DNA of 64,000 nucleotides from Candidatus Poribacteria bacterium (GTDB lineage: Bacteria > Poribacteria > WGA-4E > WGA-3G). The notes under the pieces are model-generated. The model saw only the letters and a program-made list of their open reading frames with translations. It did no database searches and was not told the origin of the DNA. Within the stretch, counting starts at the first letter, position 1. The number at the start of each line of letters is the position of its first letter. Shown piece after piece: positions 30,343 through 40,145 of this stretch. The stretch covers positions 160,001 through 224,000 of the forward strand of contig OZ219752.1 in the NCBI GenBank assembly GCA_964291315.2, written 5' to 3'. The position numbers were made by a program, and so were the translations under genes.

Positions 30343-31977
30343 TTAAGAAAAATGGCGAATCAAGCTGTCTGTAATATTGGGTGCAGCTGTTCCAAGTCCA
30401 CACGCGCTCGTTGCCTTCATAACCGCACTGATTCTCGAAATTATTGCCTCTGAATTCGGTTGCAGAGGTTCGGACAAAAGCTCCGTCAGCCGTTGTGTAC
30501 CGATACGACAAGGGAAACACTTTCCGCAAGATTCCTCAGCAAAAAATTCCATCGCATTGCGGGCGACATCAAGCATATCACGGGTGCTATCAAACACCAT
30601 AATTCCAGCTGCCCCGAGCATTGCCCGCACCTCTTGGAAGCTCGGTTCATCAATCGTAATATCAAGGTTATCTTGAAAAATAAAACCACCAGATAATCCG
30701 GCTGTCGTAATTGCTTGAATTTCGCGTCCTTCCGGTGCGCCACCTGCCCATTCATAGAGGAGGGTCTTTAACGGTAGTCCGAACGGTACCTCGTAATTCC
30801 CCGGGCTCCGGATGTCTCCAGACAGGCTAATAATCTTTGTCCCTGCCAAGTTTTTGTCAGAACTGAGGCTCTTATACCATGCTGCCCCGTGTCGAACGAC
30901 TTTGACAGCAGCTGCGAGAGTCTCTACATTGTTTACAGCAGTGGGTAAATTCTCAAAGCCGTGTGTTACAGGATAAGGCGGGCGGTTTCTCGGAAACGGG
31001 TGTTTTCCTTCCAAACTATTCAACAACGATCCTTCCTCACCACAGACATAAGCACCAGCTCCCCGTCGAATGTAGATATGGAAGCTAAAGTCTTCACCAA
31101 GAATAGCATCGCCAAGCAGTCCTGCTGCCTCTGCCTCTGCAAGGGCATGCTCAAGTCTCTTTAAGGTCTCCGGGTATTCATAGCGGAGATAGATAAAACC
31201 TCGCGTTGCCCCGGTCGCATAAGCTGCAAGGGTCATTCCTTCAATTACGGCATGTGGGGCATAATCGAGAATAACCCGATCCTTGAAACATCCCGGTTCT
31301 CCTTCATCTGCGTTGCAGACGACAGTCTTCGGTTCACCAGGGGCATTCAAAACCGATTCCCATTTCATGCCGGTTGGGAACCCCGCACCACCTCTGCCTG
31401 CAAGTTGGCTCTCTTTAAGTGTGTTAATCACATCCGTTTGTGTAAGCGTTGTTACTGCCCGCGTTAAGGCTTCATAGCCGCCCGTACGTCGGTAACCCGC
31501 TAACGTGTTGTGTTCGGGTTCGCGTATCTCAGCAAACACACATTCTTCACCGTCGCCGGGATGTGGTGGAGGTAGAGGGGTGGGTTGCACGGAAAGTGCG
31601 TCTACTTGTTTGCCTACGAACACCTTATGTCCTTTCAGCACCGGCACACATTCGTCGCATCTTCCAGCACATGGCATTGGTGTCGCGCCTTTGTCTTTGA
31701 GTGCGTCCAGAATTTCCAAACCGCCTTGCAACCGACAAACGGGTCCCGTGCACACACGTGGTGAGCTCTGCCCTGGTGCCTCACGGGCAAAGTGGTGGTA
31801 AAAGGTTAAGGTGCCGAAGAGCTCCGCTAGTGGAATCCGGAGTCCGACTGCAATATCGCGCAGGACCAGCTCTGAAATAAACCCGTCTCGATCGTGGAAA
31901 GCATGGAGCAGCGGGAGTAATGGAGCAGGTTTATTGCGCCAACGGGTAATCACTTCTCGGTTGGTCGGAGGCGGCAT
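30343..31977 (-). CDS. Fused NuoE-NuoF (NAD(P)H diaphorase-type) flavo-FeS protein
   Basis: N-terminal TFYHHF, CTGPVC...CAGRC [2Fe-2S]; GRGGAGFPTG, NADEGEPG, GAGAYVCGEE, ESCGKCFPCR...CGLG. Confidence 0.9.
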   Translation of the reverse strand: MPPPTNREVITRWRNKPAPLLPLLHAFHDRDGFISELVLRDIAVGLRIPLAELFGTLTFYHHFAREAPGQSSPRVCTGPVCRLQGGLEILDALKDKGATPMPCAGRCDECVPVLKGHKVFVGKQVDALSVQPTPLPPPHPGDGEECVFAEIREPEHNTLAGYRRTGGYEALTRAVTTLTQTDVINTLKESQLAGRGGAGFPTGMKWESVLNAPGEPKTVVCNADEGEPGCFKDRVILDYAPHAVIEGMTLAAYATGATRGFIYLRYEYPETLKRLEHALAEAEAAGLLGDAILGEDFSFHIYIRRGAGAYVCGEEGSLLNSLEGKHPFPRNRPPYPVTHGFENLPTAVNNVETLAAAVKVVRHGAAWYKSLSSDKNLAGTKIISLSGDIRSPGNYEVPFGLPLKTLLYEWAGGAPEGREIQAITTAGLSGGFIFQDNLDITIDEPSFQEVRAMLGAAGIMVFDSTRDMLDVARNAMEFFAEESCGKCFPCRIGTQRLTELLSEPLQPNSEAIISRISAVMKATSACGLGTAAPNITDSLIRHFS

Positions 31978-32124
31978 TTAATTCTCCAATTCTGTAACGC
32001 AAAGAATGAGACTTTGATGTATTTTACCAAGACTTGAACTTCATGTCAACGCTTTTTTCATAGTAACTCATCTCCCTAAACACATTCTAGCAAGGTCTGA
32101 GCATCAGCGGGGACACACAGCGAA

Positions 32125-32541
32125 TCAATAGCGAGGTTCAAAACCGGCCTCCAAGAGCTGATTGACAAACAATTCGACACTTTTATCTAAAATCTCCAGA
32201 TTTGTTTCACCATGCTCTAATGCCACAGCACGTAATGTTGCTTTCACCTGTTTAAAAAACGCATGCTGTTCATCGGCTGACAACGAATTCAAATAGTCTA
32301 CAATGTGAGGGATATGTAGCATTACAGCCGCAGAGTGTTCTGCCAGAAATTTCTCGTGTTCTGCTGGTAACCCTTCCTTTTCTAGTACTCCCTCTTGTAC
32401 CTTTGATTCCGATTCTTCTTCAACTATATCAAATAACTCTTGAATCGCTCTAGTTGTCCGGTACCAGTTAGCAGCTTGCCACGCCGTAATTGTTATAACA
32501 AAAATGGAAAAAATAATGGTTACACGCCATCGTTTTGACAT
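32125..32541 (-). CDS. Membrane-anchored helical hypothetical protein
   Basis: AAGGA RBS, N-terminal TM helix, 138 aa. Confidence 0.75.
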   Translation of the reverse strand: MSKRWRVTIIFSIFVITITAWQAANWYRTTRAIQELFDIVEEESESKVQEGVLEKEGLPAEHEKFLAEHSAAVMLHIPHIVDYLNSLSADEQHAFFKQVKATLRAVALEHGETNLEILDKSVELFVNQLLEAGFEPRY

Positions 32542-32619
32542 TTTCTATTTCCTTTGCTAAATTGCTATAAAAAAACTCAAGATGCCCGGACAGTTGGTTC
32601 CACTGTGTTCCTCCGAAAA

Positions 32620-32873
32620 TCACTCTTTCGGATAGACCTTAAAAGTATATTCCACGCCAATTTCTCGTGTCTTTTCGCTTTCTGTGTGGTGCATCAGCTC
32701 ATATTGGAATTTCAGAAAGCCCATCAGTGCTGCACGATTCATATGATCATTAAGATGAGGAACACAAAGGCACACAAAAGTGTTGTTATTATAGTGAGGA
32801 GCACAAAGGCACACAAAAGTGCTTTTATTATTCGTCTCAATTTTGAGGAGAGTTTTTTTTGATCGGAAAACAT
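32620..32873 (-). pseudogene. Decayed small secreted-protein gene, or a 44-aa hydrophobic peptide at 32873-32739, with a 39-bp tandem duplication
   Basis: AAGGAG RBS, ATG 32873, MFSDQKKLSSKLRRIIKALLCAFVLLTIITTLLCAFVFLILMII*. A continuation lies in another frame (..FQYELMHH..VEYTFKVYPKE). Confidence 0.5.
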
Positions 32874-33031
32874 AAAATGCTCCTTTATTAGATTATGGAG
32901 GGGTGCTTTGAAAAACGTGAAAGACGGGTTATATTCTTAGCTGCCCTCAGTATGTACCTCATTGTGAAGTGGATGAGGTGTTTTTCGGCAGGTTTAGACA
33001 ATAGTGGGAATCCCGGGAAACAGGTGGCCGG

Positions 33032-33724
33032 CTAACGCACTTGAACACGACGCTCTCTGTTATATTCCCAGACAGGTTCTTTCATTTTTCCAGCTCTGAC
33101 ATCCGCTCTGATTTTCCGAAGACGTTGGAGATATCTCCGGGTGCCTTCGCGCGGAAAAAGGTAGAGCGCAGCCTCAATGCCCGCTATCCGCTCATCTAAT
33201 GTGAGAGGGATATGTTTCGCCATTTTCCGATTCATGTCCGTAAACAGATAAACTTCCGGGATGTCCCCAAACTGTTCAATCAGCTGGTTGTGTACAGCGT
33301 TCCATAAGGCATCAGGGTCCATCGTCTCAGGATTCGTTATGAGCGTGTCCTCATTTGCTGTTTTTTCCACATGTTCTTGATTCTGCCAGGGGTTAGTTTG
33401 TTCTCTGAGCTCGTTCGGGACAGGCTCTGTATCCTGTCGCCAATCGTAATTGTCCGGTGCACCTTGTTTTTTTTGCGCGATAGGTTTCCTTACTTCAAAA
33501 GAGCTCTCTTGGAGTTTCTCCGGGGTGAGTTTTGTTTCGGTTTGCTCATCAGCGGAAGAAGAGATAGTGATGTGCTGCTGCACTTTTGATGGATCCCGGA
33601 GAGGTTGTTTGGCCACGGGCGACAAATTGTTGGTAAAGTTATTTTTATTAACTTCGGAAAAGATAACCCATCCGATACATAATAACACAAGGACACCTAT
33701 AAGGAGTAAAGGCACTATACGCAT
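33032..33724 (-). CDS. Membrane-anchored hypothetical protein, FGDIPEV family
   Basis: AGGAG RBS, N-terminal TM helix, low-complexity linker. LIEQFGDIPEVYLF...ALYLFP is shared with 40146..40832. Confidence 0.85.
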   Translation of the reverse strand: MRIVPLLLIGVLVLLCIGWVIFSEVNKNNFTNNLSPVAKQPLRDPSKVQQHITISSSADEQTETKLTPEKLQESSFEVRKPIAQKKQGAPDNYDWRQDTEPVPNELREQTNPWQNQEHVEKTANEDTLITNPETMDPDALWNAVHNQLIEQFGDIPEVYLFTDMNRKMAKHIPLTLDERIAGIEAALYLFPREGTRRYLQRLRKIRADVRAGKMKEPVWEYNRERRVQVR

Positions 33725-33752
33725 TTTAATCTCCTATTTTTCCTTCACGCTT

Positions 33753-33785
33753 GTGTGGAGGCCACCTCTACGGAGACCTCCACAT
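33753..33785. terminator. Intergenic hairpin between the peptide gene and the FGDIPEV gene
   Basis: GTGGAGG...CCTCCAC inverted repeat. Confidence 0.5.
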
Positions 33786-33802
33786 AAGAAGTGTTGAAAT
33801 GA

Positions 33803-34005
33803 TTAACAGGAACAATTCCCACTTGTATAGGCAACTTCATTGCAATCTTTGTACTTTGTGGCTGGATGGTCATGGCAGGATCCTCCGCGGCGATGGGTGA
33901 TTATAATACCCTCGGCGCGCCTCACAAACTTTAGCTGCTGCCAATTACAAAACCACTTTATCAAAATAGACAAACATTGTCAATAAAAAACAACACTGTT
34001 TTCAC
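33803..34005 (-). pseudogene. Frameshifted small secreted Cys-rich peptide gene
   Basis: GAGGTG RBS plus GTG 34005 (MKTVLF...) is out of frame with a Cys-rich tail ...GGSCHDHPATKYKDCNEVAYTSGNCSC*. Confidence 0.5.
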
Positions 34006-34392
34006 GTTAGCACCTCAATATTACACAAATGTGCATTCTTTGTCAATTAAAAAAAATCTCAATTATAGAATTTAGACAGAAATTAGCAGATTTAGGGAAA
34101 TTTTTCAAAAAATGAATTGCTCATGTTTTCCGGAGTAGCAGATTCCCAACCTAGACATTCCAATCTCTCATGGTCTTAAGGCAGCCCAAAGAACTTTTCT
34201 AACGCCAGCTGGTTTTGGTTCGGAGACCGTCGGTAAGGTATTTATGAGCTAGTGAGGATTTCGCCAATGGCTTTTGGGGTTGCAGTGTGAGGAGAGTGCA
34301 TTGTAGGTTTGACGCTTGAACTCATCTTAACTGTTATTTCTACTATAGTTTCGTATTTATGTTAACGGATTGTGGAAGAATTTCGAGTATAT

Positions 34393-35028
34393 TTAGGTCC
34401 CGTCAAGAATCTGATCATAGACAAAATCCAACCATTCGTTCTGTGGTGATATAATATTGGGTTTCGGTGAAAGCGGGGTCCAATACGGATTGAAAATATG
34501 TCCCCTATCGCTCACTAATTCCCATGCGTTCTTTGTCTTGTCCTGTGTGGTTAAATGGAAAAAATGTCTTTTCTTCCGTGTACTCACTTTTTCATTCGGT
34601 ACCCATCCGGTGATGTTATAGCAAATACATGTAGGGTTAGGATGCTTGTCGTATTGGATATATGAGAGATAGGTGAAGTCGTCTTGTGTAGCATGGTAAT
34701 CAACGGTCAGTCCTCTGTTCAGCTTCTTTGCGTAGGGTATTGCGTTTAAATTGGGCTCGATGTAAACTTGGGTTGTCTCTGCTATTATTCTTTCAGCGCT
34801 TTCCAATTCATTCTCAATACAACCGAGATATCCTTCAATGTCTATAAAACGTAGACCTGTTTCTTCGTATACTTCTCGCCTCACAGCAGTTTCAACGTCT
34901 TCACAGTCCTCAACTGTCCCAGCGGGGATTTGGATGCCCGCAGTCGGATGCTTAAAGACAAGTAATTCCCTGACTCCACTGTCTTCACGTATTATAAACG
35001 CTGTAACTTTTTGGACAACATTATTCAT
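34393..35028 (-). CDS. NUDIX hydrolase
   Basis: Nudix box GTVEDCEDVETAVRREVYEETGL. Confidence 0.9.
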   Translation of the reverse strand: MNNVVQKVTAFIIREDSGVRELLVFKHPTAGIQIPAGTVEDCEDVETAVRREVYEETGLRFIDIEGYLGCIENELESAERIIAETTQVYIEPNLNAIPYAKKLNRGLTVDYHATQDDFTYLSYIQYDKHPNPTCICYNITGWVPNEKVSTRKKRHFFHLTTQDKTKNAWELVSDRGHIFNPYWTPLSPKPNIISPQNEWLDFVYDQILDGT

Positions 35029-35090
35029 ATATATTTTTCTCTGAATTTTTATAGCAAAACTTTATTGGTCGAAAGCGTTTGCGATCTGTT

Positions 35091-35206
35091 TTTGATGAGC
35101 TGGACATGCCCACATACGTAAGTTGATTTACAAAATCATCTGAGGCAATTTTGCTGTAGAATCTCTCATTACCTTCATAATCTACCCAATAATAGATGAT
35201 CTCCGG
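35091..35206 (-). pseudogene. Remnant of a VHL beta-domain-encoding gene
   Basis: PEIIYYWVDYEGNERFYSKIASDDFVNQLTYVG, frameshift, HVQLIK. Matches the YW.DY.G....Y........Q.TY.GH.W pattern. Confidence 0.7.
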
Positions 35207-35256
35207 TTATCTTCAGGAGAACTGCGTAGAAGTTTCAAGAACACTTAGGAACTGTT

Positions 35257-36234
35257 TCATCTTAATTCTCGGAATAGGAGTAACTGAACGGAATCGTGTT
35301 GGGCTGGGCTCGAAGGATTTCTCTTTTCCCAAACGTAGGTATCAATGCAACGTGCGACGTACTCAGCTTGTTTTACAGGAACAGCGTTTCCAATCATTTG
35401 CTCTAAATCAGTTTTCGAGCCAGTAAAACGAAAGTTTTTTGGAAACGTTTGGAGATAACTTCGTTCTAAAGTTGTAAGCGGCCGTACCCCTGCTGCAATC
35501 GGGGCGGTGTCCTTTGGATGCACTTTGTAAGTCTTCGGGATTGGACGGTTAACCCCTCTCACCGTTGGACTCGGTTCATCAATACTAAAAACAGCGCGGC
35601 GACTATAGTTACGGGGGTGTCGATAATAGTGCGTGATGCCAAGGCTATCTCCGAAGTAATCGCGGACTGTTATCGGGTCGTTGATCAGGTTGTTATCCAA
35701 GTAGCTTGCAAGGGATCTGCTATCTACAGAGATAGATAATCCTAACTCACCGATAAGAAAAAGTCGTTTCCGTTTTTGGGGAACACCACATTGATTTGCT
35801 TCCAAAATCCGCTGGGTTAGCGAATAGCCCGCCTCTATGAAAATCTCACTTGCCTGCCTATATCGCTGGCTTTTCACAGCCCTATCCACATTTTCCATCA
35901 CAAACCATTGAGGTTTTGTATGCGCGACAATCTGCGCAAAATTTACAGTCAGATCCGCCCTTCCTAAGCTCTCATCCCGTTTACCTGCTTGCGAAAAATC
36001 CTGACATGGAGGACCTCCAATAATCATGTCAAACTGATGTCCGTTTAATATCGTTAGACTTTCCCGCCAATTGCTGAGATCAAGTCTGTGTATATCATGC
36101 GCAAAATTGGTACGATAAACCTGAACTGCTGGTTCCCAATCATCAAAAGCGGCAACCGCTTCAAAACCAGCGTTTTGAAATCCGAGTGTCATGCCGCCAC
36201 ATCCGGCAAAGAGATCAACAAATTTCAGAGACAT
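35257..36234 (-). CDS. C5-cytosine DNA methyltransferase of a type II R-M system
   Basis: DLFAGCGG, GPPCQDFS, MENV, Q.RKR, IGNAVP. Confidence 0.95.
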   Translation of the reverse strand: MSLKFVDLFAGCGGMTLGFQNAGFEAVAAFDDWEPAVQVYRTNFAHDIHRLDLSNWRESLTILNGHQFDMIIGGPPCQDFSQAGKRDESLGRADLTVNFAQIVAHTKPQWFVMENVDRAVKSQRYRQASEIFIEAGYSLTQRILEANQCGVPQKRKRLFLIGELGLSISVDSRSLASYLDNNLINDPITVRDYFGDSLGITHYYRHPRNYSRRAVFSIDEPSPTVRGVNRPIPKTYKVHPKDTAPIAAGVRPLTTLERSYLQTFPKNFRFTGSKTDLEQMIGNAVPVKQAEYVARCIDTYVWEKRNPSSPAQHDSVQLLLFRELR

Positions 36235-36249
36235 TTATACTCCTATTTT

Positions 36250-37344
36250 CTATCTGAAAAGATCTGGAGAATTGGCAAGAATAGCATCAAATCGCCTCTC
36301 TGGACTCAGGAACTTCTCGCCTTCTCCCAAGATAATATTTTTGATTTCAGTTTTCTTGATTCTTGGATGTAGAAGTTCATTGCAGAACATATAAGAGTGA
36401 GTTTTCCTTCCACTCAAAGCAAAGGCTTTGTCTGTTTGTCTGGCAAACCCGACACTAACAGTCTGTGGGTCAATTCTCCCATCCACGGCAAAGTCCGAAA
36501 GCATTTTCACAATCCACAAAACCGCCCGCTTTGCCCTTGAGAATTCATTAGAACGCCCCTGTTCAACCGAATCCAGAAGCAACTTTGCAAAAGCGAACGT
36601 ACTCCAGATGAAAACATCTAAGCAGTTTTCATGAAGTTGAGAGGATTTTCCAATAGTTTTCCAAATAGGTTGTATAACCAGTGGAATTTGATTGTCCATT
36701 TTCGTAAGTAATAAAGATTGGATAATATGGATAATATGAGGCATTTTTTTTAATATGCTGTCTTCTGATTTCCAATCAAAGTCGCTTCGAAAAATAGGTT
36801 GTAGAATCTCTGAAAGTTCGTTCTGATGCTCGGCGTATTCAGTCACAATCTCAAGTGTAAAATGAATAATGGTGTTCGGGCGCACTACAAGTTCACAGCC
36901 GTACTGCTCTTCAGAAAGGTTGCAAGTTGAATTATCAGGTAAGGCTGTCAACTTAATCTCCAACGCACGTAACCAAGGATTTTCAGAATTAGAATTATCC
37001 ATCACTACTAAGTCAATGCGTGGTAAGGTCCCTTTGACAAATTGCTGCTTCTGTCCATAAGTATACTCAAAAGCAAAGTAAACGTTTTCAGCATCATACG
37101 CCCCACCAAAGATTGAATTGACACTAATCTTCTTAGCAACAACATCTGAATTTTTATCTAAAACCAAGTAAACAGGGGCAATATTTTGGCTTTGCATGTA
37201 ACATAATAGTGAGATAGGGAAACAGTTATTAAAGCTATTTTTTCCCCATGCTTTTGCCTGCCTAAAGTCCTTATTTGTATTAGATTGGTTTAGCCCAAAC
37301 AAAGTGGGGGTATTAATTGATGCAGACTTCATTGAGTTGACCAT
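36250..37344 (-). CDS. Type II restriction endonuclease, HindVP-like
   Basis: LFGL..SN..F..AWGKNSFNNCFP, PRIDLV...LEIKLTALPD, QTDKAFA, LSPERRFDA. Lies next to the C5 MTase; AT-rich. Confidence 0.85.
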   Translation of the reverse strand: MVNSMKSASINTPTLFGLNQSNTNKDFRQAKAWGKNSFNNCFPISLLCYMQSQNIAPVYLVLDKNSDVVAKKISVNSIFGGAYDAENVYFAFEYTYGQKQQFVKGTLPRIDLVVMDNSNSENPWLRALEIKLTALPDNSTCNLSEEQYGCELVVRPNTIIHFTLEIVTEYAEHQNELSEILQPIFRSDFDWKSEDSILKKMPHIIHIIQSLLLTKMDNQIPLVIQPIWKTIGKSSQLHENCLDVFIWSTFAFAKLLLDSVEQGRSNEFSRAKRAVLWIVKMLSDFAVDGRIDPQTVSVGFARQTDKAFALSGRKTHSYMFCNELLHPRIKKTEIKNIILGEGEKFLSPERRFDAILANSPDLFR

Positions 37345-37737
37345 TATTCTCGGTAGAAAATCAATAAAAGCGACTTACTCGGTTATTCCGTGATTGTAGA
37401 TATCTATTGTGAAAGTACTAATGTCCTTCACCAGACTTTAGCCAGGTGGAACTGATCTGCCGCACATTCATAGAAAAACTCTTCACCTCTTCACTGATTG
37501 AAAGAAATAAAATACTATTATAGATGCAGGCAACGGCGTACTGCCGCGAGGACATTGGGTGGAAAGAGATAGATCTTCGCCTGCATCCCAGAACGACGGA
37601 GAACTTACCGCGGCTATTTGGAAGAAAATTAGTGTGGTAAGAAACTACTTGGGCACAGCTGCTGTCTATAATCATGAATCGACTGTGCAGTATAAATACC
37701 TGCTGCATATTGGGCGGTAGTGTTCGGCTCTGCCCTT

Positions 37738-39297
37738 CTATTCATAGATATTCTTCATCTGCCAAGCGTCTAGCGATTTGAGCTCACAAGCTTGTCCTTG
37801 TGAACGCAACGACACTCCCACGCTATCTTCTCTTTCCGGATAAACGCGCACGGCAACGCACTGCTTTCCATTAGCAAAAACTTCCACGACGCTCTTGTCA
37901 ACAAAAACCCGCAATTTGAGGGTTTCGCCTTGGGCGATAGAGACCGGTCCAGTCTCAGGGGCACGCGAAAGTACATCCGGTGCAATCGACGAATATGACG
38001 AATCAACTGTCAGGAGGCTATCGCGAACACGATTGGCTCTATCCGGGTTGCGCAGCCCCCGTTCTCTGAAGAAAGCGATGCGAGTGAACTCCTCTTTCTG
38101 TGGTGAACGGAGAACGTTCAGTTCAACCATAGGAGCCGACTTTGGATCGATGTCGAGTTCGAGTTCTATCGCGTTTCCGGATACACCGTCCAGTAGAACT
38201 TCCTCGTTTGCGGGTAAAACCATCGAATTGACACGCTGATGCGCATACCGCAATGACTCAATGTCCCCGGCGGGTTCAACTCCGACTTCATCTTTGGAGA
38301 GCAGCGTCAGGCGGCGCGGCAGCGTCATAATTTGGTTCCAGCCTTTGGTAGGTTTCGCTGGATTCATATTATAGATAGCGATAAGTCCGCCTTTGCCATC
38401 GGGTGTTGCTGAAGGTGCGTGGACACCAGCAGGAGATGCCGCCCCAAAATTGTTCTTCGCTCCTGTGGTCACCACGAACTTATCGCGTTCAGTGTCATAA
38501 TCACCCAGCAGGTACTGCCCCCCGCTCATGTGGCTGAAGAAGAGAAGCATGTGGCGATCACCGATGGGCCAGAAATAGGGACAGGCACCATCATCGCCAA
38601 CTAACGTGAACTGATCATCTTCAACGAACGGATGTAGATAAACCCAATTCGCGAGATCGGCTGAGCGGAGCAAGAAGTTAGCGCGGATACGTTTGCCGCC
38701 GGGTCCGTGGGGGAGCGTGCCTCCGGAAAGCGAGTAGTACATACCGTCTTTCTTCCAAATACACGGATCAAAAACACGATAAACCGGTGTTGTGCCATCC
38801 GCATGTTTCGCCGGAATGACCGCTTTGCCGGAGACCTTCTCCCAATTGAGAAGAAGTGGGTCGCTAGACACGGCTACCATGTTCCCGACGACTGTTCCAT
38901 GGTACATCGCAATCACACGATCTTCTTCTACAAGTGTTGCCCCGGAGAAGCAGCATCTTTCAGGGTTCGGATAGATCGCATAAGGGAGGTCTCGCCAATG
39001 TATGAGGTCATCGCTGATCGCGTGCCCCCAATGCTGTCGTGTATCTTCGGGCGGATATGCCTGATAAAAAAGATGCCAGCGTCCCTGCCAGAAACAGAGA
39101 CCGTTCGGGTCGTTGAGCATCGCTTCAGGATTAATATAGTGATAGATAGGACGATGCGGATCGCCTTCGTATGCCTGTCGCGAAGCAATAAGCCTCTGCA
39201 TCAGTGGATTCGTTTCCAACTGTGCTAATTGTTCTTCCAATGTCTCCGCGAATGTGTAATGTGGTACAAGCGAAGTGTAGTCTTCGTTAGCCATCAT
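37738..39297 (-). CDS. Glycoside hydrolase family 32 (beta-fructofuranosidase-like), non-canonical
   Basis: LNDPNG, WHLFYQ, WGHA.S.DL.HW, FSG, C-terminal D.SVVEVF.N. Has FDP and GACP in place of RDP and ECP. Confidence 0.88.
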   Translation of the reverse strand: MMANEDYTSLVPHYTFAETLEEQLAQLETNPLMQRLIASRQAYEGDPHRPIYHYINPEAMLNDPNGLCFWQGRWHLFYQAYPPEDTRQHWGHAISDDLIHWRDLPYAIYPNPERCCFSGATLVEEDRVIAMYHGTVVGNMVAVSSDPLLLNWEKVSGKAVIPAKHADGTTPVYRVFDPCIWKKDGMYYSLSGGTLPHGPGGKRIRANFLLRSADLANWVYLHPFVEDDQFTLVGDDGACPYFWPIGDRHMLLFFSHMSGGQYLLGDYDTERDKFVVTTGAKNNFGAASPAGVHAPSATPDGKGGLIAIYNMNPAKPTKGWNQIMTLPRRLTLLSKDEVGVEPAGDIESLRYAHQRVNSMVLPANEEVLLDGVSGNAIELELDIDPKSAPMVELNVLRSPQKEEFTRIAFFRERGLRNPDRANRVRDSLLTVDSSYSSIAPDVLSRAPETGPVSIAQGETLKLRVFVDKSVVEVFANGKQCVAVRVYPEREDSVGVSLRSQGQACELKSLDAWQMKNIYE

Positions 39298-39673
39298 AGC
39301 TCCTCTGTCATGCGGTTTCTATGAAATTCTGTGGTTTTTAGGATAGCACAATGCGGATCGCGTGTCCATACAATTCTGATGGTGCAACATCTGGTTAACA
39401 GTTAGCGATGAGGACAGGTTTTTAAGAAATTTACAATAATTTCTAATGAAAAACAAAAATTCGCAAATTAGGTGTTAACTTTTACAGTTTTATGTCTATA
39501 CTATATAATATGTTAATATCAAATGGAAGTCTGCCGCACTCAGCAAGCGCCTCCGCTTCGTCGTTAACCCTAACCCGTTACGATGCTTTGCTTGTCGAAC
39601 ACATTCAGTCCGAGCGATTGATTTTGTGTCGAGTGCAAGAAACATTTGACATTATGCATTATTTGCTATAAAA

Positions 39674-39819
39674 TAGCGTGAGTTTGAAAAAAGGTTAGAG
39701 GCCCAAATAAAGGGATCAGTAACTCCGTTGTGTGCAAGAAGATCAAAAGGTTAGTCTTGCTTATACTCATGGTTTTTGTTCATGGAAAGATGAGCCATAT
39801 ATTTATCAAGCTCTCGTTA
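39674..39819. mobile_element. About 146-bp MITE
   Basis: Left end TAGCGTGAGTTTGAAAAAA, right end TTTATCAAGCTCTCGTTA. Confidence 0.6.
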
Positions 39820-39852
39820 ATATGTATTATAGCTCTCGTTAATATGTATTAT
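39809..39852. repeat. Perfect 22-bp tandem duplication
   Basis: AGCTCTCGTTAATATGTATTAT twice, spanning the MITE right end. Confidence 0.9.
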
Positions 39853-40078
39853 AATAATGATCAAATATCAAGCCTTGAAACTGCATGTTGATCACCTTGG
39901 CAAACTTCGTTTTATCTAGATAACCTAGATGAAGAAGATTCTGTTAATCCGAAGGTCGAGTATCAATATATTAGCTGAAACGATGACGCATCCGGAGTCA
40001 TTTCAGCATGGTCCGGTTGAACAGACCACGTCTTACAACTACATCTATGTGACAAGTCAGTATTATTCATCTAATTGA
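39853..40078 (+). pseudogene. Probable decayed secreted-protein gene upstream of the FGDIPEV gene
   Basis: Protein-like frame with TGA stops (SPWQTSFYLDNLDEEDSVNPKVEYQYIS*NDDASGVISAW), then ...TTSYNYIYVTSQYYSSN* in a second frame. Confidence 0.35.
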
Positions 40079-40115
40079 TGTTGGTGCGGGGCGCTGCGTC
40101 AAACACCAATATCAT
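40076..40115. terminator. Intergenic hairpin
   Basis: TGATGTTGGTG...CACCAATATCA. Confidence 0.5.
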
Positions 40116-40145
40116 TTGTATGTACGGGAAATTAGGAGGAAACCC

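Noticed and set aside
37418-37708. 96-aa ORF upstream of the REase as a controller (C) protein
   Set aside because: No HTH signature.
39853-40078. In-frame TGA codons as Sec or Trp recoding
   Set aside because: Many intact genes here end in TGA, no SECIS-like context is evident, and frameshifts co-occur. Decay is the simpler explanation.
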